Program-made: the position numbers and the translations under genes
Source of the DNA: Candidatus Aenigmatarchaeota archaeon
Lineage (GTDB): Archaea > EX4484-52
DNA length: 53,894 nt
Assembly (NCBI GenBank): GCA_023137195.1
Contig: JAGLPV010000027.1
Coordinates: 1-53,894, forward strand
Direction: 5' to 3'
Shown: piece after piece, positions 51,601 through 53,894 of the stretch
Position numbering within the stretch: the stretch's first letter is position 1
Layout: each line of letters begins with the position of its first letter
Notes under the pieces: generated by a model
What the model saw: the letters and a program-made list of their open reading frames with translations, nothing else
What the model was told of the DNA's origin: nothing
The model's database searches: none

Positions 51601-53894
51601 TCTACAAGCGGCGGAAATGCAAGCATCCGTTATCCTGAAATTACATTCAACTATAATGCTTCAGACCTTTTTTCCCACGAGGATGATGTAAATTCATGGC
51701 TCAATATATCTGATTTTTACGCAGGTCAGGAAGTTTTCTACAAAGCAATGAATATCACATATTCAGATTATCCTGTAATTCCTCTACACATAAGATACAT
51801 ACAAAACATTAATCCAACTCTTCCAAATACAATTTATTTCAACAGGAACAATTGTTCCAAGACCGGAAGCTGGCTGGACTTAGGATATACTTACCCAAAT
51901 GGTAGTTCCTGTGGTTGCGACAAAGGATATTTCATTCTAAGCGAGGATTACTTAAGGACAAATGACCTAATATGGTATAATTTTTCAAACCAAAACAAAG
52001 AGATTCCGGTAAATAAAACAAATCTTTTTTACCCCCAGGAGGAGGTAGGAAAAATATATGTATATAGGAATACACAATATGTTAACATCAATTTCACAGA
52101 CATACTCGTCGAGATACAATTCAATGACTCGAAAATAACAGGCAGCCCAACTCTAAAAGTAGACTGGTACAGCAACACTACCATGTACAATATGTCTCCT
52201 GTCTCAAACAACTCAGACTGCAACAACTCAAACGCTGTATTTGAACAGTTCAGCATTTCCGATTACACATTTTACGTATGCAAAAAAGATGTTGATGCAG
52301 ATGGCACAATAGATTATTTCAAGGTAATTCAGCCAATTGTAGGCATAAAAAACAATGCTTTTTCAAATATTACTTACCATGTAGCGGGTTCTGTAAACCA
52401 GCCGCCTGTATTGTCAAATGAAAATATAACATCCCCGGTTTACTGGAACCAGTCTGCCAATTACTCTGTATTCGGGCAGGATCCCGAAGGAGACAAAATA
52501 AACATCACTTTATGGATATCAAATGACGGCGGTTCAACATGGCAGAATAAAGGAACACTAAACATAAATTCAAGTCAGTATGCGAATTTCTCAGTATTTC
52601 TCAATAAAGACTATGTGGGTTCAGCAAACAGGTACAAATTTGAATATGCAGATGTGGACGACTCTCTTATCAACATAAACCAGTATTTAAACACAAGTTC
52701 TTTCAACGGTCCGGATGTAGAGAAGCACCCGACCAATGTGACTCATGTCAATGGAAACAATTCAATATTGAACCAGACAAATCATTTGATTGTAAGCATC
52801 TATGACATACACACAGGCAATCGGCTTGCCAATGAAGAGGTTGTATGCCGGCTGTATGTTGACGGTGCATATTCTAGATCAGAGATAATCAACAGTTCCG
52901 GTTATTGCAATTTCAACAATATTGCCTCTTCCATAGGACCGCACAACATGAGCGTTGCCACAGTAGAGGAAGGATATTATACTTCTAACTCAAGCCAAAA
53001 CTATACTGTCTATATTTCAGGAAATATTTCAGCGACCATAACTCTTGTCCCTCAAAACCCCGGACCAGTTTATAGGTACAACAATTCAGCCCAAAACAAC
53101 ACAATTCACTGGAATATAACAGGAATCGCAGAATCTATGAACAATGTAAATTATTACATCATGTGGGGCGGTCCGGTAATGCAAAGCGGCACAGTAAATT
53201 CAACAGGAAAAAACAGCACTTTTGACATCCCGGACAACACATCTGTAGGAAATCATGAGTTCAGCATTCTTTTTGCTCACACAGAAGACTATATATATGA
53301 CACATATTACAATTACACATATCTTGCAAGAGGTCTGCCTAATTTAACAATATTGACTCAAAACGAATCAGTTGTTTATCTTTCAAATTCATCTTCCATA
53401 CCAAATGCAACTGTTGATTTACAGATAAATATAACCGACGAATACGATGATTCACTCGACAGCATCCCGTTGCCTGACATAACATTCAATATCCCGGCAG
53501 GAGAATGCCTGACCAAGACAAACGGCGGCGGAGGTATATACACATGCCAATATTATCCCGCAGATATAAATACAGGACTCTACGCATGGAATACAACAAT
53601 AAACAGCAACAATTACACATCAATCACATCCAACAATTCATACATATTTGTCGGGGCAAATATCACAGCAGATATTTCCCTCTATCCTTTACCTACAGGA
53701 CCGGTCTACAAAAACAACAGCGGTTCATCCCAGAACAAGACAATTTATTTCAACATAACAAACATACAATATCTCGATAAAAACGAAAATCCAAAATCAT
53801 TTGTAAATACAGTCAATTACACAATTTACTTCAACAATACTATTGTAAATCAGGGTCAGTGCAATTCAGCCGGCATCAACTCTTCATTTAACAT
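45622..53894 (+). CDS. Giant secreted/surface protein (>2750 aa, runs off the window): Ig-like repeats, DxDxDG motifs, FG-GAP-like 7-blade propeller with nested domain stack
   Basis: Manual translation in frame +1 from ATG 45622 (alternative 45655) shows no stop codon to the window end. Signal peptide MKKSLFSMFFATLVFVLFLSSYAGFSA; DTRPP/DTTPP and ATDRAGN Ig-like motifs; DTDNNGRTD and DVDADGTID. Absent from the ORF track, presumably because there is no stop. Confidence 0.95.
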   Translation, partial: MKKETILSQNKMKKSLFSMFFATLVFVLFLSSYAGFSALDENESNNIFLSYNLTHENVSQYEDVSLILTVLLNDNYNTYLNYYFPLEEELTEDQMTLSNQTQNYSVFAHNFNTSKTGEYIIDSVIIENENETHSYDFPNLSFFVYSNNSSQDNQTGNSSAEDRSSEFNISKNILWFNLTSSNISQYKQLSFSIIFLLNESPQSNYLFYYLPEQATVNKEQMSLINQTQNHFQYSYNFNTSKTGQYVIDSIGLRTQDNNTYYYNFSNLNFFVRCNSSDVPEGEEENENQTDENGEENTTSDTRPPSTTISGKLNDDSDYIFNTWTNSNFVNIFLGCKDQANGSGCRTTQYCIGAEDTCIFSPYFDYIQISEEGLFYINYLSTDLANNTEETKTRTVKIDTTPPGIIIYSPQNTTYTGKEISLNVSSNEPISNWSYFLNSPNSISFYNPTIVVSHNNSNKLVVMATDRAGNYNYSVVYYSVNISNTTMQKNIILDNLTIDELLTNNPIIVGMPVVWKKQIKITGDISNRTIEISVPAEATNISFSQNKKVNKTKVSKNPIKDSEKKISIKFAQGEKEKTPVSISAKPTQEEVTITYKTTAPYRIDKGTSYSNGKITKSITIGSSAGMHYEKVLACEDITEMEDSINKRLFYVDVNNQKVDVTNNPIYNARFFDTDNNGRTDKLCFIVPQLSDRSFEIRGDFVYFYTGSTLNNWTVYFNLAGNETLYIYNLTDNIAYNSLYFFRESTSSYEIYTPEENPDYIWFNWYASGYTKGKIVYDINQYTTSKLKFVFGDITDYIHGFNYYEQAEPKKLDLNNPIFTFDLCSFNDTYWKCSPQYYNANEYEPGYYGLSASLTSGGILKYLRLPKNSTVTAASLQFTTNINESIANYNGIFSSFSQGSFSPNTENEIAFSNNTHVNVQDNSAVLWSYPLTNINEIAVGNILLAKTRDEIAIATTSGIKVLNNTGGLESGNWPTTGTYTHIHSSDLITAQTNYWRGDLVAENLIPVGKNTSNTKSRFTINYTFDDFTDKTCFIKSAINYKGAKSGDLKFTLNNTDYDIDEAKITKNARKYHYDDDSYAEYIGDIKNDTEQIFNLYYSFESPPHAKTCYIKTALNYFNSSAGNLILEINNNEYDVNGSKIGSALNKTHHIRGDLVAENLIPVGKNTSNTKSRFTINYTFDDFTDKTCFIKSAINYKGAKSGDLKFTLNNTEYDIDEAKITKNARKYYYVDDAYAEYLGKIKNDTEQIFNLYYSFESPMFAKTCYIQTALNYINSTTGNLTFKLNSKEYDLNESKINKSNVIEYRIDDNSTEEEQEIITGSTYEFRMSSLNYPSTYNFSTSCFVKTALCYNNSISGNISLSFENTEYNDRIYINKSEIINCSIGWSFIDTHVNCSDIVDVLDENNKFIQYKCDGCNNTDHYVIKGDNSSSGYSYKDFNGQSYNYMIRAYGNESLFYSLIDTQVNCSDILQNTNITYQCLDCNDTDYYNILLDLNSSGHTYSNESGTVSTNQADAIVRIYTNNSLNYSSIRVDVLCSDMNNTNITYSCAGCDDNNYYNILVDQNNTVNNKSYESTNGISYTKINGDLIADLITASATYTFVDTTVACSDILQNTNITYRCSDCNDNYYYTLLFDSYSSGHSYSNQSGIIDMNDNADAIIRWYTDTSLNYSSVRTTVSCSDMDNTNITYHCSGCNDTNYYNILVDQNSGVNDKSYESTNGINYTQINGDLIVYIDIYGSNSGGETIASLQYDRLIAYNSTGDELWTYSFPQGTTVQEIDSGDIDELLVGQEVAAATTKGAYLFDSNGGYLWKYPSGDMDVKAISVGELNSSYDEEEVLIVNNNEIIMLNSSGQAIITRTFSSAINTISIGNILKDTGNEILIGFSNGTVSIVNSNLNILYSFNSQCSELKNSLIGNLYSNNGQDIALLCITNAYGYNIYNTPTDIYMDIGNDQSNEWNYNGIFRTTTTINSGLTDAINSYITNNCAGPMCYIPVNFSSSTSGGNASIRYPEITFNYNASDLFSHEDDVNSWLNISDFYAGQEVFYKAMNITYSDYPVIPLHIRYIQNINPTLPNTIYFNRNNCSKTGSWLDLGYTYPNGSSCGCDKGYFILSEDYLRTNDLIWYNFSNQNKEIPVNKTNLFYPQEEVGKIYVYRNTQYVNINFTDILVEIQFNDSKITGSPTLKVDWYSNTTMYNMSPVSNNSDCNNSNAVFEQFSISDYTFYVCKKDVDADGTIDYFKVIQPIVGIKNNAFSNITYHVAGSVNQPPVLSNENITSPVYWNQSANYSVFGQDPEGDKINITLWISNDGGSTWQNKGTLNINSSQYANFSVFLNKDYVGSANRYKFEYADVDDSLININQYLNTSSFNGPDVEKHPTNVTHVNGNNSILNQTNHLIVSIYDIHTGNRLANEEVVCRLYVDGAYSRSEIINSSGYCNFNNIASSIGPHNMSVATVEEGYYTSNSSQNYTVYISGNISATITLVPQNPGPVYRYNNSAQNNTIHWNITGIAESMNNVNYYIMWGGPVMQSGTVNSTGKNSTFDIPDNTSVGNHEFSILFAHTEDYIYDTYYNYTYLARGLPNLTILTQNESVVYLSNSSSIPNATVDLQINITDEYDDSLDSIPLPDITFNIPAGECLTKTNGGGGIYTCQYYPADINTGLYAWNTTINSNNYTSITSNNSYIFVGANITADISLYPLPTGPVYKNNSGSSQNKTIYFNITNIQYLDKNENPKSFVNTVNYTIYFNNTIVNQGQCNSAGINSSFN
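48601..49500 (+). repeat. Tandem 465-bp (155-aa) duplication of paired N-terminal half-domains
   Basis: 48607-48782 is identical to 49072-49247 (176 bp); 48871-48921 is identical to 49336-49386. Confidence 0.95.
49960..50817 (+). repeat. Tandem ~423-426-bp duplication of paired C-terminal half-domains
   Basis: Alternating CSDILQNTNITY.C.DCND...SSGH and CSDM.NTNITY.C.GC...NGDLI units, each present twice. Confidence 0.92.

Noticed and set aside
46697-53780. Short ORFs listed in the track across the last 7 kb, or an apparently non-coding region
   Set aside because: All lie within the giant frame +1 ORF starting at 45622.

Overview
AT-rich chromosomal segment of an archaeon. It encodes PolD DP2, family-B DNA polymerase, aIF2-gamma, archaeal adenylate kinase, Taw1/TYW1 and an initiator tRNA-Met. 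The scattered housekeeping genes and the style of the surface proteins suggest a DPANN-type lineage (inference). Contents in order: the end of a trpF-trpB-trpA operon; an accessory block (HEPN-motif protein, a gene remnant, three Cys-rich secreted or lipoproteins); polC with a 492-aa LAGLIDADG intein; housekeeping genes interspersed with three copies of a modular, TA-flanked palindromic element, one abutting the tRNA 5' end; a PAS protein plus histidine kinase; an RloA/RloB pair with twin palindromic operators; gatB; and two large secreted proteins. The last ORF (45622 to beyond the window end, >2750 aa) is missing from the ORF track. Manual translation shows the most striking feature of the window, a Russian-doll architecture. 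Five homologous Cys-containing domains are nested one inside another (half-domain order A-B-A-B-[intact core]-B'-A'-B'-A'). That stack is inserted into one blade of a seven-bladed FG-GAP-like propeller, which itself appears to be inserted into another domain. All family assignments come from motif recognition by eye; no searches were run.
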